Shown piece by piece: positions 9,230 to 19,442 of a stretch of DNA of 64,000 bases. This DNA comes from an uncultured Gemmatimonadales bacterium (GTDB lineage Bacteria; Gemmatimonadota; Gemmatimonadetes; Gemmatimonadales; Gemmatimonadaceae), in the NCBI GenBank assembly GCA_963707505.1, contig CAVPQB010000006.1, forward strand, positions 192,001-256,000, written 5' to 3'. Each line of letters starts with the position of its first letter. Position 1 is the stretch's first letter. The notes below the pieces were generated by a model. The model was given only the letters and a program-made list of their open reading frames with translations, did not search any database and had not been told where the DNA came from. The position numbers were made by a program, and so were the translations under genes.

Positions 9230-9556
9230 ATGTCAAATCCAATTGGTGGAATAAGCAGCGCGATCGCGAGCACTGGACTGGACACCGGGGCGAAACAAAT
9301 ACCCGTGTTGCAGGACCGTGGCGGAAGCGCGAGCGGGACGAGTTTCGGCGACACGCTCAAGGGACTCGTCAACAACGTTTCGGACCAGCAGGATGTAGCC
9401 GCCGACTACGCGCAGCGCTTTGCGCGCGGCGAGCCGGTAGAGCTGCATCAGGTGATGGCTGCTTCCGAGGAAGCGTCGATCTCGCTGGAAATGCTGGTAC
9501 AGGTGCGCAACAAGTTTCAGGATGCGTATCGAACGTTGATCAGTATGCAATCGTGA
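9230..9556 (+). CDS. fliE: Hook-basal body protein FliE
   Basis: SFGDTLKGLV, ELHQVMAASEEASISLEMLVQVRNKFQDAYRTLISMQ; GAGGA RBS. Confidence 0.95.
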   Translation: MSNPIGGISSAIASTGLDTGAKQIPVLQDRGGSASGTSFGDTLKGLVNNVSDQQDVAADYAQRFARGEPVELHQVMAASEEASISLEMLVQVRNKFQDAYRTLISMQS

Positions 9557-9579
9557 TCGAGAACCGGGGATTATAAGCC

Positions 9580-11163
9580 GTGGCTGACGCAATTCAGGAC
9601 ATGCTCGATCGCATCGGCGGTCGTCAACGTGCCATGTTGTTGATGGTGGGCGTTGGGGTGGCAGCGGTGATTTTCGGTGTATCGAAATGGGCTACGGCGC
9701 CGGACTGGGTACCGGCCTTCACCAATCAGCCGATCGAGACGGTCGGCCAGATGACGGACAAGCTTACGGCTGCCGGAATCGGGTTCAAGCTTGATCGTGG
9801 CGGCAGCGACATTCTGGTGAGTGCCAACGACGTTGCACGTGCACGGGTGACGCTGGCTCAGGCGGGACTACCGTCGGCTGGACGTCCCGGCATGGAGCTA
9901 TTCGATCAGCCATCGTGGGGGATGACCGACTTCACGCAGCGAATCAACTACAGGCGCGCACTCGAAGGCGAGTTGGAGCGCACGATCGGCAAGATGACAG
10001 GGGTGCAGTCGGCGCAGGTTCATCTCGCGCTGCACGAGCAGGCGACGTTCCGTTCACAGGACAAGCCGGCGAACGCGTCCGTGGTATTGAAGACCGGTGG
10101 CGCCGCGCCATCACAGGATGTCGTGCAGGGTATCGCGCATCTTGTGGCGAGCAGCGTGGACGGGATATCGGCGGACCATGTGACGGTACTCGACGATGCT
10201 GGGAGAATGTTATCCACTCCGGACGATGGCTCGATGGCTTCGCTGACGAACGCGCAGCTCTCGACCCAGCGCGAGGTCGAGGGATATCTACAAACGAAGG
10301 CGGAAGGCCTGGTCGATGACATCGTCGGCACTGGCAATGCGCGTGTTCGTGTATCCGCTGCGCTCAACTTCGACAAGATCGAACGGTCATCGCAGCTGGT
10401 AGACCCCGACAAGCAGGCCACCAGCACGGAGCAGCGTTACGAGATCACGCCTGGAGCGCAAGGCGGCGCTGCGTCGTCGAACGTCGCGATGAGCTATGAC
10501 AATTCCAAGATCACCGAGAACTTCTCCGGAGCGATCGGTAATATCAAGAGACTGTCGGTTGCCGTTCTGCTGAATGACCGCATGATTCCGCCGCCGGCCA
10601 ATGCAGGCGCAAACGCGAAGCCGACGTATGTTGCGCGCACTCCGGAAGAGATCGCGCGTGTGGAGTCGCTGATCCGGGGTGCCGTGGGAGCTGACAGTAC
10701 GCGCGGCGACGTCGTCACGGTGGTCGCGACTCACTTCGACGCGGCACCGGTTGCGGAGATGGATAAGGCCCCGCCACAGACGATCATCAATACCGTTCAG
10801 CAGTTCCAGAAGCCCGCGATATCCGTGCTGGCCATTCTGGTGCTCTTCATCGTCGCGATGATGCTGATCAAGGCGATCAAGTCTCTACCGGCATCAAACT
10901 CACGATCGGCCTATGCCCCGCTCGCGCTTCCTGCACCTGGCGGGCAACACTCCAACCAGTTCGCCACCGCGGCGCACGACATGGCGAACGCGATCGCCGC
11001 CAACGCGCATCAACAGCACCAGAGCTACGCAGTTCAGCCTCCGCCTCAACCGCTCGCGTTTCCGGAACAGAACCAAACTCGTGGTCGCGTAGCGGCAACG
11101 ATTGCGGCCAAGCCTGAAGTCTCGACGCGCGTCGTACGCGCGTGGCTGAAGGAAGCCGTATAA
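9580..11163 (+). CDS. fliF: MS-ring protein FliF
   Basis: GMELFDQPSWGMTDFTQRINYRRALEGELERTI, HLVASSVDG, IKRLSVAVLL; two TM segments. Confidence 0.96.
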   Translation: MADAIQDMLDRIGGRQRAMLLMVGVGVAAVIFGVSKWATAPDWVPAFTNQPIETVGQMTDKLTAAGIGFKLDRGGSDILVSANDVARARVTLAQAGLPSAGRPGMELFDQPSWGMTDFTQRINYRRALEGELERTIGKMTGVQSAQVHLALHEQATFRSQDKPANASVVLKTGGAAPSQDVVQGIAHLVASSVDGISADHVTVLDDAGRMLSTPDDGSMASLTNAQLSTQREVEGYLQTKAEGLVDDIVGTGNARVRVSAALNFDKIERSSQLVDPDKQATSTEQRYEITPGAQGGAASSNVAMSYDNSKITENFSGAIGNIKRLSVAVLLNDRMIPPPANAGANAKPTYVARTPEEIARVESLIRGAVGADSTRGDVVTVVATHFDAAPVAEMDKAPPQTIINTVQQFQKPAISVLAILVLFIVAMMLIKAIKSLPASNSRSAYAPLALPAPGGQHSNQFATAAHDMANAIAANAHQQHQSYAVQPPPQPLAFPEQNQTRGRVAATIAAKPEVSTRVVRAWLKEAV

Positions 11164-12224
11164 ATGGGAACCGCAGTAGTGCCAGTGGAAGAAAAAAGAG
11201 CGTTGCCAGGCTCACCGCCGCCGATCTGACCGGGCCGCAGAAGGTTGCGGTGCTGTGCATGTCGCTCGGTGCTGACGAAGCGGTGAAGCTGACGCAGTCA
11301 CTCACGCCTGAAGAGGCCGAGGAGATCAGCTTCCATATCGCGCAGATGGAGCAGGTAAGCGCCGGCACCGTCGAAGCCGTGCTGACCGAGTGGATGCAGA
11401 TGGCACTCGCAGTCGATTCGATCGCGCAGGGCGGTATCAGCTATGCCGGTGAGGTTCTGGAGAAGGCGTTCGGAAGTCACAGAGCCAGCGCGACGCTGAC
11501 GCGAATTCAGTCGCAGCTCGCCGATTCCGCGGGATTGCACCGCCTACGCAGTGCCGATCCGCAGCAGCTTGCGACGACGCTGCGCGGCGAGCATCCACAG
11601 ACAATCGCTCTCGTTCTCGCGCACCTGGAGCCGCAGCAGACGGCGACGATACTGCGCGATCTGGACCCATCGCTCGGCGGCGAGGTGATGTATCGCATCG
11701 GCTGCATGGAGAAGGTGGCGCCGGATATGATGTTGCTGGTGGAGAAGGCTCTCAGCAACGAAACCGACCTCAGCTTCACGCGTGGCTTGCGCGCGGCTGG
11801 CGGACCGGACGCGGTTGCGAGCGTACTCAACCATGTCTCCGGCTCGCTGGAGAAAGATTTACTCGATCACATCGGGGAGCGGGACACGCAGCTTTGCGAG
11901 CAGATCAAGAATCTCATGTTCGTCTTCGACGACGTGGGCAAGCTGGACGACCGCTCATTGCAGCGACTGCTCCGCGAGATCGACGCTCGTACTCTTTCAC
12001 TCGCTCTCAAGACTGCGAAGGAAGAAATGCGCGAGCGCATCATGGCCGGCATGTCGGCACGCGCGGTCACGGCACTCAAGGAAGAGATATCGATGCTCGG
12101 CGCCGTCCGTGTCCGCGACGTGGAAGCGGCGCAGGCACAGATCGTCGCGCAGGTTCGGGCGCTCGAAGCGGCCGGAGAAATCACCATTGGTGCCGGAGCT
12201 TCGGAAGATGCGTTCATCGAATAG
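11142..12224 (+). CDS. fliG: Motor switch protein FliG (start uncertain)
   Basis: LTGPQKVAVL, EHPQTIALVLAHL, MFVFDD, MSARA, VRVRDVEAAQ. Confidence 0.95.
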   Translation: MAEGSRINGNRSSASGRKKSVARLTAADLTGPQKVAVLCMSLGADEAVKLTQSLTPEEAEEISFHIAQMEQVSAGTVEAVLTEWMQMALAVDSIAQGGISYAGEVLEKAFGSHRASATLTRIQSQLADSAGLHRLRSADPQQLATTLRGEHPQTIALVLAHLEPQQTATILRDLDPSLGGEVMYRIGCMEKVAPDMMLLVEKALSNETDLSFTRGLRAAGGPDAVASVLNHVSGSLEKDLLDHIGERDTQLCEQIKNLMFVFDDVGKLDDRSLQRLLREIDARTLSLALKTAKEEMRERIMAGMSARAVTALKEEISMLGAVRVRDVEAAQAQIVAQVRALEAAGEITIGAGASEDAFIE

Positions 12225-12880
12225 GCCCGGTGTGCTTGCAGCTGGTGCGCTGCCAGCGAATCCGGCGCGATGGACGCCGGATGACATTGCGACGCTCAAC
12301 TGGACAACAGCCGCCAACACGCAGCCCGAGTCGCAGATCGAGCAGGAAGCGCATGCTCGTATCGAGATTGAGCAGCGCGTAGCAGAGGCGCACTCCGCAG
12401 GATACGACGCCGGAAGGCTCGATGGCGAGTTGGCGGAGGCTACACGCCTGCGCGATGCCGTCGCCGCAACTGAAGCAGGCGCTCGACACGATTCGCGCCA
12501 GCGAATTCAAGTGGCAGGCATGCGTTACCGAAAACATCGCGGCTCTCGCTGTTACTGTCGCGCGTCACATCGTCGGACGTGAACTGCGCACCGACGCTGC
12601 TTCCGTTGCGGATCTGGTCAAGCGCGCGCTGGCGGAATTCCCAATCGATCAGCCGATGCGCGTTCGTGTGAACCCACACGATCTATCACTTCTGTCGCAT
12701 CCTACCCCGACCGGCGGCGAGCCTGTCCCCATCGCGCCGAATCGGGACGTTCGCTGGCTTGCAGATTCGCGCATTCAACCTGGCGGGTGTGTCGTCGAGG
12801 GGCGCGAGCGGATCGTGGACGGGCGCGTCGATACGGCACTTGAACGACTCTATCGAAAGTTGACGGACAATGTTGCTTGA
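12208..12880 (+). CDS. fliH: Export protein FliH (frameshift near 12470)
   Basis: AxxxGxxxG repeat (AHSAGYDAGRLDG) in one frame; VRVNPHDL and IQPGGCVVE in the next; between fliG and fliI. Confidence 0.88.
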
Positions 12881-14204
12881 TACCTTTGCGAGTGTCGTTG
12901 CGGATACGCCGCGATTCGATCGGTATGGCCGCGTCACGCGAGTCGTTGGTCTCGTCATCGAGGCAACGGGCATCGACGTGGGCGTCGGCGAGCTGTGTCG
13001 CGTCACGAGCTTGACGGACGACAGGTCGGTGTTGGCCGAAGTCGTCGGGTTCCACGAAGACAACGTCATCCTGATGCCGCTTGGCGAGCTCGATGGCCTG
13101 CACGCTGGAAGCTTCGTGCAGCCACTCGGTCGCTCCTTCGGTGTCGACGTCGGGCCGTCGCTGCTTGGTCGCGTGCTCAATGGCCTCGGACATCCAATCG
13201 ATGACAAGGGCCCCATCGACTTCACCGACCGCGTTCCGCTTGCGGCCGAGCCTCCCAATCCGCTCGAGCGTCGCATGATCGACGAGCCATTGGAGACGGG
13301 CGTTCGTGCAATCGACGGGATGCTGACGATCGGTCGCGGTCAGCGCGTCGGAATATTCGCCGGATCGGGCGTTGGCAAGAGCACGCTACTCGGCATGATC
13401 GCACGACACGCCAAGGCCGACGTCAACGTAATCGCGCTACTCGGCGAGCGCGGCCGCGAGGTACGTGACTTCATCGAGCACTCGCTTGGCGAGGAAGGAC
13501 TTGCTCGCTCCGTAATAATTGTCGCTACCGGCGACCAGGCAGCGCTGGTTCGTGCTCGCGGCGCGCTCGTGGCGACCGCAATCGCTGAATATTTTCGCGA
13601 TCAGGGCAAGCAGGTGATGCTGATGCTCGATTCAGTTACACGTGTAGCAATGGCGTGGCGCGAGATCGGGCTGGCAACTGGCGAGCCACCGACCACGAAG
13701 GGTTACCCCCCTTCGGTGTTCGCATCACTTCCGCGCCTTCTGGAGCGTGCGGGGAACGCGCGTGTCGGCGGCATCACGGGCATTTACACGGTGCTGGTGG
13801 ATGGCGACGACTTCAACGAACCAGTTGCTGATGCAACGCGCTCCATACTCGACGGTCACATCGTGCTCACTCGCAAGCTGGCATCGGCGGGTCACTTCCC
13901 TTCCATCGACATACTCGAAAGCAAGAGCCGAGTTCGTGATCAGGTAGTGTCATCGGGCCATCGTACGGCCGCGGAAACGATTCTTCGTACCGAGGCAACG
14001 TATCGCGAGAAGGAAGATCTCATCCTCGTGGGCGCGTACCAGAAAGGAACAAGTGCGACGGTGGACTCCGCTGTGGAGCATCGCGACGCGGTGCTGTCCT
14101 TATTGCGGCAGCGTGCGGACGAAACCACGACTATCGGCGAGACCCATGCGACGATGCGCGATCTCGCCGCACGCATCACCGCCTCTAACCGGCAGGCGGC
14201 GTAA
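12870..14204 (+). CDS. fliI: Flagellar export ATPase FliI
   Basis: GIFAGSGVGKSTLLGMIAR, GERGREV, DSVTRVAMA, GEPPTTKGYPPS, RSILDGHIVL. Confidence 0.97.
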   Translation: MLLDTFASVVADTPRFDRYGRVTRVVGLVIEATGIDVGVGELCRVTSLTDDRSVLAEVVGFHEDNVILMPLGELDGLHAGSFVQPLGRSFGVDVGPSLLGRVLNGLGHPIDDKGPIDFTDRVPLAAEPPNPLERRMIDEPLETGVRAIDGMLTIGRGQRVGIFAGSGVGKSTLLGMIARHAKADVNVIALLGERGREVRDFIEHSLGEEGLARSVIIVATGDQAALVRARGALVATAIAEYFRDQGKQVMLMLDSVTRVAMAWREIGLATGEPPTTKGYPPSVFASLPRLLERAGNARVGGITGIYTVLVDGDDFNEPVADATRSILDGHIVLTRKLASAGHFPSIDILESKSRVRDQVVSSGHRTAAETILRTEATYREKEDLILVGAYQKGTSATVDSAVEHRDAVLSLLRQRADETTTIGETHATMRDLAARITASNRQAA

Positions 14205-14206
14205 CG

Positions 14207-14647
14207 ATGTTTCGATTTCGTCTTCAGCAGGTTCTGGATCTCAGAGAGAAGCAGGAGCGTCATCTCGCAACTCAACTCGCCGCCGCTATCGGAGCTGAGC
14301 GCGAGGCGAAAGACGCGCTCAACGGCCTCCGCGCGGAACGGGAAGCTGGCTCCGAGGTCGTGAAGGAAGGTCAGAGCCATTCGGTTGGCGAGCTTGCGAA
14401 TCTCGCATTCATGATGCAGCAGCTCGATGACAGAATCGCCGGAGCGAACGATACAGTCAGCGCTGCGAATAGTAGTGTCTCGCAGGTGCAGGAAGCACTT
14501 ACCGCAGCGTTCAAGGATCGCCGCGTTCTGGATCGTCTTCGTGAGCGGCACGAAGAGACATATCGCGCAACTGCGGAGCAGACAGACCGGAGAGCAATGG
14601 ATGACATCGCGCTCTCGCGCTTCGTGCACAACGACAACGGGCAATGA
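14207..14647 (+). CDS. fliJ: Export protein FliJ
   Basis: MFRFRLQQVLDLRE start, coiled coil, C-terminal MDDIAL; follows fliI. Confidence 0.92.
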   Translation: MFRFRLQQVLDLREKQERHLATQLAAAIGAEREAKDALNGLRAEREAGSEVVKEGQSHSVGELANLAFMMQQLDDRIAGANDTVSAANSSVSQVQEALTAAFKDRRVLDRLRERHEETYRATAEQTDRRAMDDIALSRFVHNDNGQ

Positions 14648-15328
14648 AGAAACTCTTAATTCCATTCATCGCGTCATTCGGCCTGAGCCTCGGTATCGCG
14701 ACCGGCGTAGTGATGGTTCGCGCGCCAAAGCCGGTGGTTTCAGCGACAACCGACAAGGTGGCGGCGGCAAATCAGAAGCCGGATTCCGCCGTAACTGCGA
14801 AGGACAGCGTTACAACGCTGGCGACCGACTCGGCCAACTCCGTCAGCGCGGTGTCAACTGCGCAGACAGCCAGTGCGAATGGCGCGGGCTCTTCTGGCGC
14901 AGGCATTTCGCCTGGAGCAGCAGCCGGCTCCGGTCGCCGCCGCGACGGCGCCAGCCAGTCATGATGTGGCGCCTGGGCCGGATAAGGCGCCCAAATCGGG
15001 GCCGCCAGGTTCTGCGACGCGAGCACCGAGTGTGAAGCTCGCCTCGACTGCCCCGTCCGGCAGCGCTGCACCCAAGCCGGTGATTCCGACTGTGAGGCCA
15101 GCGACGGACTCGCTCATCGGCCGACGCCTCGCGCAGGTATTTGGCGCGATGCAGCCAAAGGATGCCGCGCGTGTCCTCGAGCAGATGGATGACAACGACG
15201 TTCGCGCGATACTGGGCTCGCTATCGAGCAAGCAACAGGCCGCCATCCTTGGATCCTTTCCGACTCAACGAGCCGCACTCATCCTGCAGGCAACGCTGCG
15301 CACGGCATCTAGCGGCGGCACGGAATGA
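14644..15328 (+). CDS. MotE/FlbB(YlxF)-like protein, N-terminal TM plus MgtE-N-like helices (frameshift near 14935)
   Basis: TM N-terminus, low-complexity linker, C-terminal RLAQVFGAMQPKDAARVLEQMDDNDVRAILGSLSSKQQAAIL; typical position after fliJ. Confidence 0.8.
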
Positions 15329-16927
15329 ACATGCTACCGGTCAACTTCGCCTCTGCAGAACCGACATCGGTCGAGCCGGCGTCGTCATCGCGCTCCAAGC
15401 GCGACGCGGAAGGTCCGAGCACGTCGGGTACGAATGCATTCGCCGCCACCCTCGCAACAGCGATGCATGCGCCCGCCGCTCACGCCGCGAAGCTAAAGAA
15501 GGAAGGCGCTGATTCCGAGCTCGACGCGCGTACATCCAGCGCTGCATCCAATGCTGCATCCAGTGCTGCATCCAATGCTGCATCCAATGCTGCATCCAAG
15601 ACCGGCGCGTCTGGCGTCGGCACTGGGGCTCACGCCGGAAAGCCGGCCTTCGCTGCAGCCGCGGAAGCGCGCGCAGCCGCGGCCGCTGCTCCCGTCGACA
15701 GCCCCAACGCCGACGCCGACGCGCTCAATCCGGACTTCCGCACGCGGCTTGCCCGCGTGGTGAGTCGAATGCACGATGAGTTTGGCAAGGACGTCGATCT
15801 CGTTGAAGGATTCAGAACTCAGTCGCGACAGGATCACCTCTACGATCAGGGACGCGTGAGTCCTGGCGAGGTCGTGACCTGGACCAAGGCGAGCAAGCAC
15901 ACGCTCGGGCTCGCGGCAGACGTCACCATCGACGGGGGATACACCGACACCGCGGGTTTCCAGCAGCTGGCGCAGATCGCCGCGCAGGAAGGACTTCGCA
16001 CACTCGGTCCAAAGGATCCGGGTCACATCGAAATGCCGACGCGCGGAGGAGCAGCTGCGTGGGGCGACGCCAATCCCATCGACAGTGTGAACATCGATGA
16101 CAATGTGTCTCGCGCAATCGGTATCGCCATGGATCAGAGCAATGTGACCGGCAATGCGCACGACGACAGCGACAGTCTCAACAACTTCAATGGCCTGCTC
16201 AGCAGAGTTGGCCGCAGTACGTCTACTGGAATGCCGCAGATCCAGATGCCAATGATGTCCGGTAGCGGAATGGCCGGCAACGGAATGACCGGTAACGGTG
16301 GTGGAATGTCCGGCAACATGTCTCAGCGCGATCGTGGAGACAGTCTGAAGGATAGCGCCATATCTGGCGACACGGCGAAAGTCGCCGACGTCGCAAGCGT
16401 TGCATCGGTTGCTCAGGTAGCGCAGGTGGCACACGTCGCTGCGCCGGCGCAACCGATGGTCATCGGGGCGCAGATGCCTCAGACCGTACAGGTAGCCAGC
16501 GGTACGGATGCCGCCGACAAGGTCGGCAAGCTGCTGGATGCGCGCGACGCGGCACCAGCGCAACCGCTCTCGCAGGTGACCCTCAACGTCGACAACGCAG
16601 CCGGCGGTTCTGACAAGATCACGGTTCAGCTGCGTGCCGGCGTCGTGGACACGGCAATATCAGTTGGCAGATCCGAATCGCGCAGACAAGATGTCGTTGC
16701 GTGTCGGAGAATTGCAGCACGCATTGGAGCAGCACGGACTGGATGCAACGGCTATCAACGTCGCATCCACGTCGGCTGGCTCAGGGCCGGGATGGAACCC
16801 GCGCCAAGGCAGCGATCAGAGCGCCCAGAACGGGCGCCCTTCGCTCAATTACCGGGACAACCGACAGGACGCGGATGCGACCCGACAGCGCTCTCGTAGA
16901 GAGCAGCAGGGAGGAAGACAGAAATGA
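15325..16927 (+). CDS. fliK: Hook-length control protein FliK-like with internal M15 peptidoglycan endopeptidase domain (frameshift near 16665)
   Basis: Position just before flgD-flgE; long low-complexity body; C-terminal VTLNVD...KITVQLRAGVVDTAISV|ADPNRADKMSLRVGELQHALEQHGLDATAINV is FliK-like; internal EGFRTQSRQDHLYDQGR, SKHTLGLAAD, DPGHIE is M15-like. Confidence 0.8.
15541..15600 (+). repeat. 12-bp tandem repeat, 5 copies (AASN/AASS)
   Basis: gctgcatccaat gctgcatccagt gctgcatccaat gctgcatccaat gctgcatccaag. Confidence 0.95.
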
Positions 16928-17256
16928 TTACCGCGCCCACTGGCGGCATCGCCCCGATGCGTGACACGAACGCACCGAACTCCTCGTCGGGTTCGGCAAG
17001 CAACGCGATCACCAACGCAGCAGGCGGTGCTATGGGAAAGGACCAGTTCGTCAAGTTGCTCGTGACGGAAATGCAGAACCAGGATCCTATGAATCCGATG
17101 GACGGAAAGGATCTCGCTGCGCAGCTGGCGCAGTTCTCGAGCGTCGAGCAGTTGATGAACATCAACACCAAACTCGACAACTTCGCTACGCTGTTCGCGC
17201 CGGCGACCCCGAATTCGGGCTCAACGGCCTCGAACTCATCGACCGCGGGCGCGTAA
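16924..17256 (+). CDS. flgD: Hook capping protein FlgD, short form
   Basis: MGKDQFVKLLVTEMQNQDPMNPMDGKDLAAQLAQFSSVEQL. Confidence 0.94.
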   Translation: MITAPTGGIAPMRDTNAPNSSSGSASNAITNAAGGAMGKDQFVKLLVTEMQNQDPMNPMDGKDLAAQLAQFSSVEQLMNINTKLDNFATLFAPATPNSGSTASNSSTAGA

Positions 17257-17298
17257 GCGCCTGAATGACCATACACACACTCATAGGACTTTAACGAC

Positions 17299-18639
17299 AT
17301 GGATCGCTCGCTATTCTCCGCCGTATCGGGGCTGCGGAATAATCAGACCCGAATGGACGTCATCGGTAACAACATCGCGAACGTCAACACGACGGCATTC
17401 AAGGCAAGTCGTGCAAACTTCACGGAGAGCTTCTCGCAGGTTCTCTCCGGCGCGACGCGCCCGGGCACCACGACAGGCGGCATCAACTCGATGGCCGTCG
17501 GACTCGGCTCTCAGCTAAGCAGCATCGACACCGTCTTCACGCAGGGAAACCGCGAGACGACCAACGTCCCGACCAACCTCGCGATACAGGGAAATTCATT
17601 CTTCGTCGTCTCGAACGGCGCGCAGAACTCGTTCACGCGCGACGGTAACTTCAAGTGGGATTCCAACGGCACGCTCGTCGCAGGCAATGGCGGAATCGTC
17701 CAGGGCCTGATGGCGAAGAACGGCGTCCTCGGCGGAGGTCTCACCGGCATCTCGGTGCCGATCGGCCAGACCACTCCTGCAGCGGCGACCACCAAGGCGA
17801 CGGTCGCCGGCAACTTCAACTCCGAAGCGCCGACCATCGTCGCGGTCGATCCAAATAATCCGACCGCCGCCGAGCTTGCTGACCCGGTGAACGCGGGCTC
17901 GAAGGTCGAGACCACGCTCGGTGTCTTTGACTCGCTCGGCTCAAAGCACGACCTCACGCTCGTGGCCTGGAAAACCGGCCCGAACACGTGGGAGTGCAAG
18001 ATCGATCCGACCAGCCTGAACTACGACGCGACAAAACCATATACTTTCGGACCGGGCGCCCAGTCGTCGCCGGCAGCCGCCGCGACCCCGTGGCAGTTCA
18101 CGTTCAAGAGCGACGGCACGATCGATTCCGCGAATTCCAATCTGCCGAGTGTGACGTTTACACCGGCCGGCGGCGGCGCCGCCGTTTCACTCAAGCTCGA
18201 TCCCGGCACCGGCTCGACGGGCGTCACGTCGCTTGCCGTCGGAAATTCCGCGGTGCTTCGCGACCAGAACGGCTACGCATCAGGTGTTCTGCAGAACGTA
18301 TCGATCGGTCAGGACGGAGTCGTAACTGGATCCTTCTCGAACGGCACCAACCAGACGCTCGCACAGATCGCACTCGCGGACTTCAACAATCCCGAGGGTC
18401 TGGATCAGGCCGCCGACAGTATGTATACGGTCTCCGCGAACTCGGGAACGCCCCTGATCGGCTACTCGGGAAAGGACACCACCTCGACGATTGCGAGCGG
18501 AGCGCTCGAAATGTCGAACGTCGATCTGGCGCAGGAATTCACCGACATGATCATCACGCAGCGCGGCTTCGAAGCCAATGGCAAGATGATCACTACGAGC
18601 GACCAGATGCTTCAGACTCTGATAAACATGCGTCAGTAG
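17299..18639 (+). CDS. flgE: Flagellar hook protein FlgE
   Basis: SLFSAVSGL...MDVIGNNIANVNT, FTRDGNF, FDSLGSKH, LEMSNVDLAQEFTDMIITQRGFEAN. Confidence 0.96.
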   Translation: MDRSLFSAVSGLRNNQTRMDVIGNNIANVNTTAFKASRANFTESFSQVLSGATRPGTTTGGINSMAVGLGSQLSSIDTVFTQGNRETTNVPTNLAIQGNSFFVVSNGAQNSFTRDGNFKWDSNGTLVAGNGGIVQGLMAKNGVLGGGLTGISVPIGQTTPAAATTKATVAGNFNSEAPTIVAVDPNNPTAAELADPVNAGSKVETTLGVFDSLGSKHDLTLVAWKTGPNTWECKIDPTSLNYDATKPYTFGPGAQSSPAAAATPWQFTFKSDGTIDSANSNLPSVTFTPAGGGAAVSLKLDPGTGSTGVTSLAVGNSAVLRDQNGYASGVLQNVSIGQDGVVTGSFSNGTNQTLAQIALADFNNPEGLDQAADSMYTVSANSGTPLIGYSGKDTTSTIASGALEMSNVDLAQEFTDMIITQRGFEANGKMITTSDQMLQTLINMRQ

Positions 18640-18673
18640 TGATGTAGAACAGTCGCACGAAGATTCACTGCTG

Positions 18674-18847
18674 CGGCAACATTAGCCGAGGGCAGCCCGG
18701 AAGAAATTGCCGGGCTGCCCTTTTTTGTCCATCATGCGCCTCCCGTGCAGGAACCGGTCCCAATGACGCAACTGCTTATAACACAATCACTTAGCGTGTT
18801 GGATAATCCGTGCCAGACCGCCTCTGAAGCGTGGTATGTCGCCTGCT
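18674..18847 (+). promoter_or_regulatory. Sigma54 promoter of the fliL operon with enhancer dyads and IHF-like box
   Basis: TGGTATGTCGCCTGCT (GG 18833-34, GC 18845-46); dyads cggcaacattagccg 18674-88 and cggaagaaattgccg 18698-712; CAATCACTTA 18784-93. Confidence 0.75.
18690..18726 (+). terminator. Rho-independent terminator after flgE
   Basis: gggcagcccgg-aagaaattg-ccgggctgccc followed by tttttt. Confidence 0.85.
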
Positions 18848-18899
18848 TTTACGGGGTCTGCGAAGTCCGCGATAGAACTACTTCCGAAAGGCGACACGC

Positions 18900-19442
18900 A
18901 TGGCAGAAGAGAAACCACCAGAGACTGAACCAGCCGCCCCGCCGGCCGCCAAGGGCGGTATGGCGAGGCTGTTACCGCTGATCGGCGGCATCGTTGGAGG
19001 TCTCGCTCTTGGCGCAGTCCTCGGATTCACGCTGCTCGGTCCCAAACTCTCGCACAAGGCTGTGGCTGCACCGGCTAGCGCGGACAGTGCGGCGGCCGTC
19101 AAGAAGGAAAGCGGGCCAGAGGCCAAGAAGGGCGACGCTCCGCCGCCGATCTATCAGGTGGACAACCTTGTAATGAATCCCGCTGGCTCGGGCGGCTCCC
19201 ACTTCCTGTTGATGTCGGTTGCGTTGCAACTCAAGGACGCCAGCTCGTTGGAGACTATCAAGGGACGTGACGCCGAGCTGCGCGACGCGATCCTCCGGCT
19301 CTTCTCGCGAAAGACCAACGATCAGATATCCGACATTTCAGCCAGGGACCAGTTCGCTGCTGAATTGATGGCCGTGCTGGACAGGATGTTCGGTGCCGGC
19401 ACAGTCGCGAAGATTTACTTCCCTCAGTTCGTAGTTCAGTGA
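18900..19442 (+). CDS. fliL: FliL
   Basis: N-terminal TM, LVMNPAGSGGSHFL, LRDAILRLFS, KIYFPQFVVQ. Confidence 0.92.
   Translation: MAEEKPPETEPAAPPAAKGGMARLLPLIGGIVGGLALGAVLGFTLLGPKLSHKAVAAPASADSAAAVKKESGPEAKKGDAPPPIYQVDNLVMNPAGSGGSHFLLMSVALQLKDASSLETIKGRDAELRDAILRLFSRKTNDQISDISARDQFAAELMAVLDRMFGAGTVAKIYFPQFVVQ

Noticed and set aside
15341..15595. Minus-strand ORF with MQHW repeats
   Set aside because: It is the antisense reading of the 12-bp repeat inside fliK.
15718..16038. Prophage endolysin or VanY resistance gene
   Set aside because: The M15 domain is in frame inside a flagellar operon gene, with no phage or van genes nearby.
16924..17256. Short FlgD as a truncation
   Set aside because: N-terminal-domain-only FlgD proteins are known in other bacteria, and the ORF ends cleanly before the flgE RBS.
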